From: an uncultured archaeon
GTDB taxonomy: Archaea; Asgardarchaeota; Thorarchaeia; Thorarchaeales; Thorarchaeaceae
Direction of reading: 5' to 3'
Length of the DNA: 64,000 nt
NCBI GenBank assembly: GCA_964473825.1
Contig: CAYYQL010000007.1
Location: 46,440 to 110,439, forward strand
A program made the translations under genes and the position numbers. Every line of letters starts with the position of its first letter. Position 1 is the first letter of the stretch. The notes under the pieces are model-generated. The model worked only from the letters and a program-made list of their open reading frames with translations, was not told the origin of the DNA and searched no databases. Shown in pieces: positions 10,204 through 20,056 of the stretch.

Positions 10204-10973
10204 CCTTCTTCACCTGTGTCACCCAGATACTGAGCAATAAGCTGCATGTCTGGCCCACCAGTTAGGTCCAGGAATATCTCCTCAAGACTGGCCTGACCCC
10301 TGGCCTTCTGCTTCAGTTCATCCATCGTACCCTCCGCTACCATGTGACCATCCTGAATAATGCCGATACGGTCAGCCATCTGCTCGGCTATCTCCAGAAT
10401 ATGTGTTGACATGAGCACAGTTGCTCCGCGAGAACTGAGACCATTGAGAATCTCCTTTATCGTGGCAGCACCGCGGGGGTCAATGCCCGCCTGGAACTCA
10501 TCGAGTACAAGCACCCTCGGTCTGTGTATCAGAGCCGCGATGAGGCTGGTTTTGCGCGACATACCCTTGGAATAGGTCTCTATCAGGTCATCACTGGCAT
10601 CTCTGATATCGAGAAGGGTAAGAAGCTCGTCTATCTCTTCTTCGCGTTCTTCACCACGCTCAACTCCCCAGATATCAGCGACGTAGTTCACATACTCCCA
10701 CCCGGTGAGACGTTCGGGCAAGACAGGCTCCTCCGGAACATAACCCATTACTCGCTTCGCTGTGACAATCTCCTTGCGGATGTCATAACCAGAGATTCTG
10801 GCGGTTCCCTCGGTGGGACGCAACAATCCAAGAAGCATGCGCATAGTTGTTGACTTTCCCGACCCATTGGGCCCTAACAGTGCATAGGTTTCACCAGATG
10901 CAACTGTGAAGCTCAGAGTATCAACTGCAGTGAATTCATTGAACCTCTTGGTGAGTTCTATAGCCTCAATCAT
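10200..10973 (-). CDS. ABC transporter ATP-binding protein
   Basis: Walker A GPNGSGKST, signature YSKGM, Walker B LVLDE, H-loop STH; start MIEAIELTKRF. Confidence 0.93.
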   Translation of the reverse strand: MIEAIELTKRFNEFTAVDTLSFTVASGETYALLGPNGSGKSTTMRMLLGLLRPTEGTARISGYDIRKEIVTAKRVMGYVPEEPVLPERLTGWEYVNYVADIWGVERGEEREEEIDELLTLLDIRDASDDLIETYSKGMSRKTSLIAALIHRPRVLVLDEFQAGIDPRGAATIKEILNGLSSRGATVLMSTHILEIAEQMADRIGIIQDGHMVAEGTMDELKQKARGQASLEEIFLDLTGGPDMQLIAQYLGDTGEEG

Positions 10974-11180
10974 CAGAACCACTCTGTCAGAAGGATGAGG
11001 AGATATATCCTTTAGGTTAGGTGTATCCGGATTCCGCGGAGGGGGAACTGCAAGAGGTTGTCGTGCCATTTGCCAGTCGATAGATTCAGACGAAATATTC
11101 AGAACAACAACTCATTGTTACATAACTCGGAGGAGCGTCCCATTTAGAAATCGTAATAAACTTAGGACCGTCCGCAGAGG

Positions 11181-12326
11181 TTGGCAGTGAACCCCATGAA
11201 GGCCCCCCCTGAATCATCCGTTGCTGAGAAGCGAATCCTTGGAGAGTCGCCCGACTTTCTTAGAACGAGCCTTGCTGCCGCAATTACCATGGATATGGTC
11301 CCCGGCCGATTCTATCGTGATGCCAAACTCTACTGCGTGAATCTCCTGTTGACCTACAACGAGGGCTGTCATGCCAAGTGTGCGTACTGTGGACTGTCGG
11401 GTTCGCGTGAAACGGATACTGAATGGGATGAGAATAGTTTCATCAGAGTTGACTGGCCAGTCTTTTCCCTCAAGGATATCAAGATCGCACTTGCTGACGG
11501 CACTTGCGATCATGTTGAACGAGTATGCATTTCGATGATCACTCTAGGAAGAGCTAGGGAGGATTGTGTCACCGTTATAGAAGAGCTAAGCGAGGTCATT
11601 CCAAGAATATCAGTTCTCATGACACCCACTATCATTAACCGCAAATGGCTACATCAGATTAAGGACGCTGGAACAGACATGGTGGGAATTGCCATTGATG
11701 CTGCCACACCCGAGCTATTCGACGACCTACGGGGCAACGGCGTGCGGGGACCTCACAAGTGGGAGAAATACTGGGACACAGTTCGACAATCACTAGAGGT
11801 GTTCGGCAAAGGAAACGTCGGAATACATCTCATAGTGGGGGTCGGCGAAACCGAACAGGAGATAATCAAGACCATTCAAGATGCACAGGACCTCGGAGCA
11901 GATACACACCTCTTCTCGTTCTTTCCGGAGGAGGGTTCATCAATGGAAAATACGCCACAACCTCCTATCGGGGCATACAGGCGGGTGCAATTTGCCCGCT
12001 ATATCATAAACTACAACCATGGCACGTATGAGAATATGCAATTCAATGAGAGAGGTCAAGTGATTGATTTCGGAATCGAGAGAGATGTCTACGAGTCCCT
12101 CTTACAAGCTGGAAATGCCTTCATGACGTCTGGTTGCAAGGGAGAAACTATGCAGAATGCCTGTAACCGGCCCTTTGGCAACTGTACGCCCTATCAGGCG
12201 TCAATCGGGCATTGGAGAAACTTCCCAATCAGGCCCAATGAAGAGGATATTTCAAAGATCCGGGAGCAACTGAAGGACTATTCCCTGACATATGACATGG
12301 ATGGCTTCGATTTTTATGACGAATGA
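11181..12326 (+). CDS. lipS2: Radical SAM lipoyl synthase subunit LipS2
   Basis: CHAKCAYC radical SAM motif and C-terminal TSGC...CNRPF motif characteristic of LipS2; clustered with lipoate ligases. Confidence 0.8.
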   Translation: MAVNPMKAPPESSVAEKRILGESPDFLRTSLAAAITMDMVPGRFYRDAKLYCVNLLLTYNEGCHAKCAYCGLSGSRETDTEWDENSFIRVDWPVFSLKDIKIALADGTCDHVERVCISMITLGRAREDCVTVIEELSEVIPRISVLMTPTIINRKWLHQIKDAGTDMVGIAIDAATPELFDDLRGNGVRGPHKWEKYWDTVRQSLEVFGKGNVGIHLIVGVGETEQEIIKTIQDAQDLGADTHLFSFFPEEGSSMENTPQPPIGAYRRVQFARYIINYNHGTYENMQFNERGQVIDFGIERDVYESLLQAGNAFMTSGCKGETMQNACNRPFGNCTPYQASIGHWRNFPIRPNEEDISKIREQLKDYSLTYDMDGFDFYDE

Positions 12327-13332
12327 TGACATAGTTGAGAGATGCTTCGCATCTCCTAACGAAGGGCTCTCATCCCTCTCACAGGCGGGCTTTGAAGCCT
12401 CTAGAAGGGCACTGGGAAACACGATGCGTTTCTATGTCCCGGGGATGGTACACTACGAAACCGAATACCACAGTATGTCGAATAAGCTACGATTCCCCGG
12501 TCTTTCAACTACTGGTAGGGCCTGTGCATTGAACTGTGACCATTGCAGTGGTCAGCTTCTGATCTCGATGCATCCTACAACGAGCCCCGAAGCACTCTGG
12601 AAACATGGACTAAAGGTCTACAAACATGGTGGGTCGGGTATTTTGGTTAGTGGAGGATCTACACATCTGGGAAACACCCCGTTACTCCCCTTCATCCCCG
12701 TTCTGAAACGTATCAAGCAGGACTTGGGTCTGCATATTGTGGTACATACTGGCCTCGTGCTACCAGAGATTGCCGAAGCCTTAGGGGAGGTCGGAATAGA
12801 TGGTGCAATGCTTGACATCATAGGATCAGACGACACGCTTCGGGAGGTATACCACCTCGATATGTCCACCGATGTTTTTGACGAATCTATGAGCCTACTG
12901 GAAGAGAACAACATCCCATTCATGCCTCATGTAATTGCTGGACTTCACTACGGCAGACTCGAGGGGGAGATTCGTGCAATCAGAATGATTGCAAAACACA
13001 ATCCCGAAGTAGTCGTGGTTGTTGCATTCATGCCGCTGGATAACACTCCGATGGAACACGTTGCCCCATCAACACCCGAAGACATCACAAGGGTCATACT
13101 CGCTGCCCGCCTTGCCATGCCTCGAATTCCACTTACCCTCGGTTGTGCACGACCACTAGGAAATCATCGGAGAACAACAGACCGGCTGGCTATCGACTCG
13201 GGCGTAAACGGAATTGCGTATCCAACCCCAGAAACGCACGAATATGCGGTAGAAAAAGGACTAGATGTCATCTATGAAGACGAATGCTGTTCCTTGATTG
13301 GGCGAGCATTCCACTTGGAGACTAACAGATGA
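12316..13332 (+). CDS. lipS1: Radical SAM lipoyl synthase subunit LipS1
   Basis: CALNCDHC motif plus LGCARP and terminal CC motifs typical of LipS1; overlaps lipS2. Confidence 0.8.
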   Translation: MTNDDIVERCFASPNEGLSSLSQAGFEASRRALGNTMRFYVPGMVHYETEYHSMSNKLRFPGLSTTGRACALNCDHCSGQLLISMHPTTSPEALWKHGLKVYKHGGSGILVSGGSTHLGNTPLLPFIPVLKRIKQDLGLHIVVHTGLVLPEIAEALGEVGIDGAMLDIIGSDDTLREVYHLDMSTDVFDESMSLLEENNIPFMPHVIAGLHYGRLEGEIRAIRMIAKHNPEVVVVVAFMPLDNTPMEHVAPSTPEDITRVILAARLAMPRIPLTLGCARPLGNHRRTTDRLAIDSGVNGIAYPTPETHEYAVEKGLDVIYEDECCSLIGRAFHLETNR

Positions 13333-14927
13333 ATGACTGGCGACTACTAGACACGGGTGTCCTTACTGGCGCCGAGAATATGGCGCTAGATGACGTAATG
13401 CTCGAGTGTCGTTCCGAGAAGGAAACCCCAAACACAATAAGATTCCTCCAATTCAACCCCTCTGCCGTTCTTGTTGGCTACCATCAATCAGTGGAACAGG
13501 AGGTTCGCACCATATTCTGCCAAGAGAAAGGGATTGACATCAATCGCAGAATAACTGGAGGTGGTACCATCCTCTTCACGCCTTCATGCCTCGGATGGGA
13601 AGTTTTTGCAGACAAGTCCACTCCCCGGATTCAGGATTTGAGAAAGGATCTCGATCGACTGGCAGGCATTGTCTGCAAGGGTACCATAGCAGGCCTGAAG
13701 GAGCTTGGTATTGATGCGGAGTTTAGACCCAAGAATGATATTGAGGTCAAGGGCCGCAAGATTTCTGGCACAGGAGGTACGCAACGAGGAGATTCGTTCA
13801 TGTATCAGGGAACCCTCCTCGTTGATTTTGACGTTGAACTCATGCTTAGGGCCCTTCGAATACCTGTTGAAAAGCTGAAAGACAAGGAGATTGAAAGCGT
13901 CAAGGAGCGCGTCACATGTCTGAAATGGGAGATGGGTCATGTACCGCCAATGGATGAGATAAAATCTGCTTTGTCAGCAGGCTTTGAAGAAGTGCTAGAT
14001 ATGTCCCTTGAGCCGCATGGATTGTATCCGTGCGAAGAAACGCTGTATCAGGAGCGTCAGCGCTACTACCAATCGGATGAATGGGTGTATCTGGTCCGTC
14101 GGCCTGCTGAAACTGGGGGACATGTCAATGCCATGCGGAAGACCCCAGGTGGCCTCGTGAGGGTGTCCGCCAGTATTGATGTTCTTGGAGGATTCATTGT
14201 GAGTTGTTTCATCACAGGAGATTTCCAGGCCTTTCCGCAACGCGCCATTATGGATTTGGAGGCCAGACTCAAGAACGTGTCCACTGACGAGGAAACTATC
14301 CGCAATATCATCCTCTCGTTCTTTGAAGATTCTGGAGCAAACATTGTTGGAGTCGAGCCGGAGGATATTGTCCAGCTGATCCTTGAAAGCGTGAAGAAAA
14401 CTGCATTCACGAAGTACGGAGTAACTCTTGATCAGACAAACTATCTCATGCCGGTCAATTTTATGCCTGACGAGCTAGAGGATCAGATCTTCGACTATGT
14501 CCTCTTGCCCTATTGTGCCAAACGCGTGGGTTGTGAACACCGCTGGACCGAGGGCTGTGACACTTGTGGTGCCTGCACGATCAGCCCTGTCTACGAACTA
14601 ATTCAGGAGCTGGGTGTTGCCGTTCGGACAATACAAAGCTACGAGGATCTTATCGAAACCATTGATGAGTTCAAGGAGAAGGGAGCCAGAGGATACATCG
14701 GTTCTTGTTGCGACGCCTTTCGAAGCAAGCATTACTACGATTTCGTTGAAACGGGTGTGCCTGCTTTACTCCTCGACGTGGAGGACTCTACATGCTACGA
14801 TCTAGGGAAGGAACAGGACGCATATGCTGGGAAGTTCGAAGGGCAGACTACATTGATGATCGAGCTAGTCAGCCATATGATCAGAGAGATGTGGAAAAGA
14901 GGAATTCTCCGCGCAGAGGTGAAGTAG
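13329..14927 (+). CDS. Lipoate/octanoate-protein ligase fused to a C-terminal Cys-rich DUF116-like domain
   Basis: NMALD, RRITGGGT and KNDIEVKGRKISG motifs; LplA C-terminal domain (KTPGGL..ITGDF); then LPYCAK..C..CDTCGAC..GSCC..C. Confidence 0.85.
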   Translation: MNDWRLLDTGVLTGAENMALDDVMLECRSEKETPNTIRFLQFNPSAVLVGYHQSVEQEVRTIFCQEKGIDINRRITGGGTILFTPSCLGWEVFADKSTPRIQDLRKDLDRLAGIVCKGTIAGLKELGIDAEFRPKNDIEVKGRKISGTGGTQRGDSFMYQGTLLVDFDVELMLRALRIPVEKLKDKEIESVKERVTCLKWEMGHVPPMDEIKSALSAGFEEVLDMSLEPHGLYPCEETLYQERQRYYQSDEWVYLVRRPAETGGHVNAMRKTPGGLVRVSASIDVLGGFIVSCFITGDFQAFPQRAIMDLEARLKNVSTDEETIRNIILSFFEDSGANIVGVEPEDIVQLILESVKKTAFTKYGVTLDQTNYLMPVNFMPDELEDQIFDYVLLPYCAKRVGCEHRWTEGCDTCGACTISPVYELIQELGVAVRTIQSYEDLIETIDEFKEKGARGYIGSCCDAFRSKHYYDFVETGVPALLLDVEDSTCYDLGKEQDAYAGKFEGQTTLMIELVSHMIREMWKRGILRAEVK

Positions 14928-14928
14928 C

Positions 14929-15984
14929 CTGCAACACAATGATGTCATTATAGTTGGAGGAGGACCCGCCGGGGCGGCAAGTGCTATCCTCTGCGCAAGA
15001 GAGGGGCTTGATGTCTGTCTGCTCGAAAAGAAAGGCAAGAACAGGCACAAGGTGTGCGGAGGAGTCCTGCCAGCTGTTGCTCCAAGTGCAATAGAGGATA
15101 TCTTGGATGTGTCACTGCCAAATCATGTTATGGCAAACCCGTCACAACTCGGGCTGTACTACATACCTCCAAGCGGCCGGGAAAATGGCGTTGTTATTGA
15201 GGGATACAAGATATACAATGTCAACCGTGACAGGTTCGACCAGTGGCTTCGTGATACGGCTGAAAAGAACGGCGTCAGCATCCAGTACAAGACAGAGTGC
15301 ATTGGGTTCGAGTATGATAGGGAATTCTCCGTCCAAGTTGAGGGTCCTAGTGGACGGTGTCTGTATTCCTCGGAGTATCTCATTGGAGCTGACGGTGTTA
15401 GGTCTTACACGCGCCGTAAACTCATGCCAAATGAAGATACCCCTGTTATGCTAGTCGCTCAGGAGGAACTGAATGCAGAGGGCGATTTTGGAGAGTACTT
15501 CTATGGATTCTTTCGCGAGGACATCTCCAAAGCCTACGCGTATGTCATCCCGAAGTCCAATAGACTGTTCCTGGGTCTGGGTACAACCCCGCACACGAAG
15601 CCCAATCTCCATCAACTGATGATTCGTTTCAAGAAATGGCTAGGAACCGAGTTTGCATTCAATGAACTGAGTCTTGTTAGACGGGAAACATGGGCAATAC
15701 CGTTCGGGTATTTCCATCTTGGTGTCGGTAACGCTCTTCTTGTTGGAGACGCTGCAGGGCTGTGCAACCCGCTATCGGGTGAAGGTATCAGACCCGCCAT
15801 CGAAAGCGCAGAGGCTGCGGCGGCGGCAATAACTACGACGGGTGATTCGTCCCTCGTTAACCGCTATGCACGCAACGTGGAGGGGCTAGTATTCATGCTG
15901 AAGGACCTCAACCGCTTTGTGCGAAGTATGGATAATGCAGCCATGGAGGAGTTCATTCACCAAGAGGCAAAGAGACAACTCTAA
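14929..15984 (+). CDS. FAD-dependent oxidoreductase, geranylgeranyl reductase family (LipT-like by context)
   Basis: Extending the frame 41 codons upstream of the tracked start restores DVIIVGGGPAG...LLEK...KVCGG. Also GADG, GDAAG and PLSGEGI. Probable CTG start behind GAGGTGA. Confidence 0.85.
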   Translation: MQHNDVIIVGGGPAGAASAILCAREGLDVCLLEKKGKNRHKVCGGVLPAVAPSAIEDILDVSLPNHVMANPSQLGLYYIPPSGRENGVVIEGYKIYNVNRDRFDQWLRDTAEKNGVSIQYKTECIGFEYDREFSVQVEGPSGRCLYSSEYLIGADGVRSYTRRKLMPNEDTPVMLVAQEELNAEGDFGEYFYGFFREDISKAYAYVIPKSNRLFLGLGTTPHTKPNLHQLMIRFKKWLGTEFAFNELSLVRRETWAIPFGYFHLGVGNALLVGDAAGLCNPLSGEGIRPAIESAEAAAAAITTTGDSSLVNRYARNVEGLVFMLKDLNRFVRSMDNAAMEEFIHQEAKRQL

Positions 15985-16021
15985 CATCACAATTAAGTGT
16001 CAACGAGTATAGACTCGTGCC

Positions 16022-17119
16022 ATGCCTATCGAGACTTGGCGACTATTGGACTTGGGACCCATTGATCCCCTCGAAACCCAGACAATATATGACATGGTGG
16101 CACAGGCCATCACCGAGGATGAAGCAGAGAACACGCTCATCATATGCTGGCCAAGTGACCCTCTCGTATCGCTGGGATACTTCCAAGAAGCCGAAAAGGA
16201 CATTGACCTAGAGTACTGTCGAGAGAACGATGTTCTAGTTGTGCGAAGAGTCATCGGTGGGGGTGGTGTCTACCTTGATGAGGGTCAGCTCTTCTACCAG
16301 ATAATCGGCCGAGTTGACAGTCCAACCACACCCAAGAGCATAGATGCTTACTATCGCAAGTTTCTAGATGCGCCTGTGCAGACCTATCGTAACCTAGGAA
16401 TTGATGCAGAGTTCAGACCAGTAAATGATATTCAAGTGAGTGGGAAGAAGATCTCGGGAAATGGAGCAGGAGACGTAGGAGATGCCAGAATACTCACCGG
16501 AAATCTGATCTTTGATTTTGATTTTGATTCAATGGTTCACGTACTCAGAGTTCCAAGTGAGAAGTTTCGAGATAAGATATTCAAGAGTCTCAAAGAGCGA
16601 ATGACCACCATAGAGGGAGAGCTGGGTGCACTACCCGACCGTAACACCGTGAAAGAAGACCTTCTTAGATTATATGAGAAGACCCTCGATATTGACCTTG
16701 AGCGGGGAGACCTCTCGTCCTGGGAGAGAAACAAGATGAAGGAGCTCCGTGACAAGTATCTCTCGAGGGACTGGCTATTCTGGAGGAAGGGACGGAAATT
16801 CGATGTTGCTCATCAGGTGAAAATATCAGCCACGGCATCTGTTGGCACTGCGAACTTCAAGGCTGAAGGAGGGCTCATCAGGGTGACCGCAGAGGTGGTG
16901 GAAGGAACGATAGAGGAGATTGTCGTGAGTGGTGACTTTTTCATGATTCCCTCTCTCGGAATCGAACTTGTTGAAGGGGCACTTACAGGCGTCAGGGCAG
17001 AGAAAGAGGAGATTCTGCGTCGAATCGAGCAGCTTTATTCGGACAAGGGGCTCCAGTCACCGGGCGTTAGACCCGAGGATATTGCCGAAGCCGTGAATCT
17101 GGCCGTACAGGAGACTTAG
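16022..17119 (+). CDS. Lipoate-protein ligase (catalytic plus C-terminal accessory domain)
   Basis: RRVIGGGGVY, VNDIQVSGKKISGNG and C-terminal KAEGGLIRV..SGDFF motifs. Confidence 0.88.
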   Translation: MPIETWRLLDLGPIDPLETQTIYDMVAQAITEDEAENTLIICWPSDPLVSLGYFQEAEKDIDLEYCRENDVLVVRRVIGGGGVYLDEGQLFYQIIGRVDSPTTPKSIDAYYRKFLDAPVQTYRNLGIDAEFRPVNDIQVSGKKISGNGAGDVGDARILTGNLIFDFDFDSMVHVLRVPSEKFRDKIFKSLKERMTTIEGELGALPDRNTVKEDLLRLYEKTLDIDLERGDLSSWERNKMKELRDKYLSRDWLFWRKGRKFDVAHQVKISATASVGTANFKAEGGLIRVTAEVVEGTIEEIVVSGDFFMIPSLGIELVEGALTGVRAEKEEILRRIEQLYSDKGLQSPGVRPEDIAEAVNLAVQET

Positions 17120-17231
17120 GAGCACCTAGATAGGACTCAAAAGTAGAACGATAGTTGATGTGCCACCTTTTCACCAAGGGAAAGAGGCATGCTTTTCTTC
17201 TTGCGCTCCTCAGTGAGAATGCAAAGCACAG

Positions 17232-18329
17232 GTGGTTGCTCTGACGATTACCAATCAGTTCAAGATCACGACCCCGGGAAGACTGTGCCTCTTTGGAGAG
17301 CATAGCGACTATCTAGGCCTAGATGTCATTTCTGCGGCCCTAGACAGATATATCGAACTGAAGGTCAGCCCACGTCAAGATGATGTAATCACTGTTCTCT
17401 ACAGAGACTTGGAAGAAGAGGAGCGCTTCTCAGCGGAATCTGAGGCCCCTTATCTCAAGAAACGTGATTATGTTAGAAGTGCGTTCAACGTTGTGAGGCG
17501 GCGGAGCCCTCAACGCATGGCAGGTGCAGATATCACCGTTACAGGGAACATCCCGATTGGGGCGGGCCTATCAAGTTCGAGTGCTCTGACAGTTGGAGCA
17601 GTCGTTGCATTCTCAAGACTGGCAGGCCTTGATCTCTCCAGCGACTATATCGCTAGAGCAGCCTTTCAGGCAGAGGTGGTCGAGTTTGGCGAGAGTGGGG
17701 GAAAACAGGATCACTTCGCTATTGCGTATGGAGGGATAGTCCATCTTGATTTGGGAGAGGACTATCTTGTGACTAGGCTCCCGGCGAAGCTCTCAGGACT
17801 GGTCATCGGAGATTCGAGAGAGCAGAAGGAAGATACCGTGGGAGACCTCGCGCATCTACGGGAGACAATTCTCAATGAATATGACAAGATCAGAGCATCT
17901 ATTGGGGAGTTCGAACCCCGAAGCACAGAGCTGAGAAAAGTGCATGACCTCTCAAGAAGAAGACCTACGAACGCAAGGCTCATGGCCGAGGCTACTCTCA
18001 GAAACCGTGACCTCACTGCTCGTGCACGAAAATTGCTGGGCGAGAAGGATCCAGATGTTAAACTTCTGGGGAGGCTGATCGATGAGCATCATGAGATACT
18101 ACGTGACAGCCTGCATAGGTCTACGGACAAAATCGAGCGGCTGATAGAGGCAGCCAAATCCTCAGGGGCTCTGGGATGCAAGGTGAACGGAAGCGGAGGG
18201 GGAGGCACGATGCTTGCTTATGCACCGAACAGAGAAAGCGAAGTCATGGATGCGATAGATGCCGCCGGAGGTACTGCATTTGAAGTCGAAGCGGGCCAGG
18301 GAGTCTCCCTGACCGCGAAGAAAGTGTGA
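17232..18329 (+). CDS. GHMP kinase, galactokinase-like
   Basis: PGRLCLFGEHSDY, IPIGAGLSSSSA, GKQD and KVNGSGGGG motifs. Confidence 0.87.
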   Translation: MVALTITNQFKITTPGRLCLFGEHSDYLGLDVISAALDRYIELKVSPRQDDVITVLYRDLEEEERFSAESEAPYLKKRDYVRSAFNVVRRRSPQRMAGADITVTGNIPIGAGLSSSSALTVGAVVAFSRLAGLDLSSDYIARAAFQAEVVEFGESGGKQDHFAIAYGGIVHLDLGEDYLVTRLPAKLSGLVIGDSREQKEDTVGDLAHLRETILNEYDKIRASIGEFEPRSTELRKVHDLSRRRPTNARLMAEATLRNRDLTARARKLLGEKDPDVKLLGRLIDEHHEILRDSLHRSTDKIERLIEAAKSSGALGCKVNGSGGGGTMLAYAPNRESEVMDAIDAAGGTAFEVEAGQGVSLTAKKV

Positions 18330-18330
18330 A

Positions 18331-19890
18331 TCAGTCTTCTTCAAGTTCCTTCATCCGCTGTTCAACGATATGAAGAATATCTTCTTTCATCTTCTTGCCC
18401 TCAGAGATGATACGTTCGACTTCTTCTCCAGTCTTTTTCACGAAGTCTTTGTCGCGGATGTTTCCCAGATTGATGCGGACATTGAGAGCCGCCCCCTCTA
18501 TTGCTGCCATGAGGGCATGTGCTGCGACTCCAGCATCAGTGATTGCGTTGATGTTTCCCTTGTCCGCGGCGACCTTGGTATGCTCTAGGGCGTTGAAAGA
18601 GTGACGCATTGTCTCGAGCGGTACCTCGGCAGCATGTATCGTCGCGGATTCAACTGCTTTCTCCTTTGCCTCCTTCTCCTTCGCTGTGTCTTCTGACATC
18701 TTGTATGCGGTCATGACTCGGTCAAAGGCTTCCGAGTCTTTCTCAACAAGGCCCATGAGAACCCCTCGATCATTCTCGCAGGCATGACGATGCTCTAGCA
18801 TCTCCTCCCGAATTGCCGCGAATTTCCGGCCAGAAAGTGACAGTCCAGTGACCATGCAGACAAGTGCACCACCAAGAGAACCCATTGCTGCAGCGACACT
18901 GCCGCCTCCAGGTGTTGCTCTGGCTCGACGAACTTGATCTCCGAACTCGATGAGTGACATCTCGCTGAAGCTCTTCTCAGTTGGATCCTGCGCACCTCCC
19001 AAGTAGTAGAGGTCGAGAATCATCTCCTGTTCGAGTTTCTCCGGCTGTACGTAGTATTTGAATGCATCAAGTATGGCGAACAAAGGAATCATTCCCACTA
19101 TCTCGGTCTCTACAACTGTTGCTCCGAAACGTCGTGCCTCGTTGCGGACCACCTCAAGCACTTGATGAATCTTCGTTCGTTTAGGATGAATCAGGTTAAG
19201 GGAGACCTGGGTCATGCCTTTCTCAGGGAGGTCAAGACCTATTCCTTGAACGTATACAAAACCACCAGTTGTCGCTCGTACAGCATTGGCACATGTCTTT
19301 GCAACTTCAACATCTGTTGTGTTCAGATTACAGTTGAAAGCTATGAGGAAATGTCGAGCGCCTGTGGCCGTAGCCCCTGCTGTCGGATGGATCTTCTTCG
19401 GGCCATAGTCAGGGTCTTTCTCAGCTTCTACTCCAATCATTTCACTGAGACCTTCAAATTCGCCCTGTCGAATATTGGGAAGCTCTCTGCGGTCAACCCG
19501 AGTGGCAGACTCTGCATAAAGATAGACAGGCACATCATGCTTTGAGGAGTACTCCTCTGCAAACTGCTTGGACAGCTCGATGCATTCGCCTATTGTAGTA
19601 CCATGGAGAGGTATAAACGGAACGACATCGACTGCACCCATCCGAGGATGGGCGCCCTGATGCTTAGTCAAGTCAATATTCTCAACAGCAACATCAGCAG
19701 CCTTCAGTGCTGCATCTTTGACTCTCTGGGGTTCACCGATGAATGTGAAGACAGACCGGTTGTGATCCGGGTCATACTCGACGTCCAGAAGCCTAACACC
19801 TTCAATGCTCTTTATGGCATCTGCAAGCGCGTCAATGACCTCTTTGCGTCGCCCTTCTGAGAAATTGGGTACGCATTCAACGATTTTCAT
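18331..19890 (-). CDS. ftcD: Bifunctional glutamate formiminotransferase / formiminotetrahydrofolate cyclodeaminase
   Basis: ECVPNFSEGR, DHNRSV and HPRMGAVDVVPF (FT domain); TPGGGSVAA, DSEAF and NVRINL (CD domain). Confidence 0.93.
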   Translation of the reverse strand: MKIVECVPNFSEGRRKEVIDALADAIKSIEGVRLLDVEYDPDHNRSVFTFIGEPQRVKDAALKAADVAVENIDLTKHQGAHPRMGAVDVVPFIPLHGTTIGECIELSKQFAEEYSSKHDVPVYLYAESATRVDRRELPNIRQGEFEGLSEMIGVEAEKDPDYGPKKIHPTAGATATGARHFLIAFNCNLNTTDVEVAKTCANAVRATTGGFVYVQGIGLDLPEKGMTQVSLNLIHPKRTKIHQVLEVVRNEARRFGATVVETEIVGMIPLFAILDAFKYYVQPEKLEQEMILDLYYLGGAQDPTEKSFSEMSLIEFGDQVRRARATPGGGSVAAAMGSLGGALVCMVTGLSLSGRKFAAIREEMLEHRHACENDRGVLMGLVEKDSEAFDRVMTAYKMSEDTAKEKEAKEKAVESATIHAAEVPLETMRHSFNALEHTKVAADKGNINAITDAGVAAHALMAAIEGAALNVRINLGNIRDKDFVKKTGEEVERIISEGKKMKEDILHIVEQRMKELEED

Positions 19891-20056
19891 TCTTTGTCAC
19901 TGCGGCCGCACTTCACAACCATCTAGAAAAGCGTTTGGGCCTGACATTGGGGAGACTGCCTACCCCTCAGTCAGAGTATATACTCGAGAATCTGCAAGGT
20001 GCCTTACAGAAACGAGGCGGCAGCTAACTGCGAGCTCTCACATCTCGTGTACGAAA

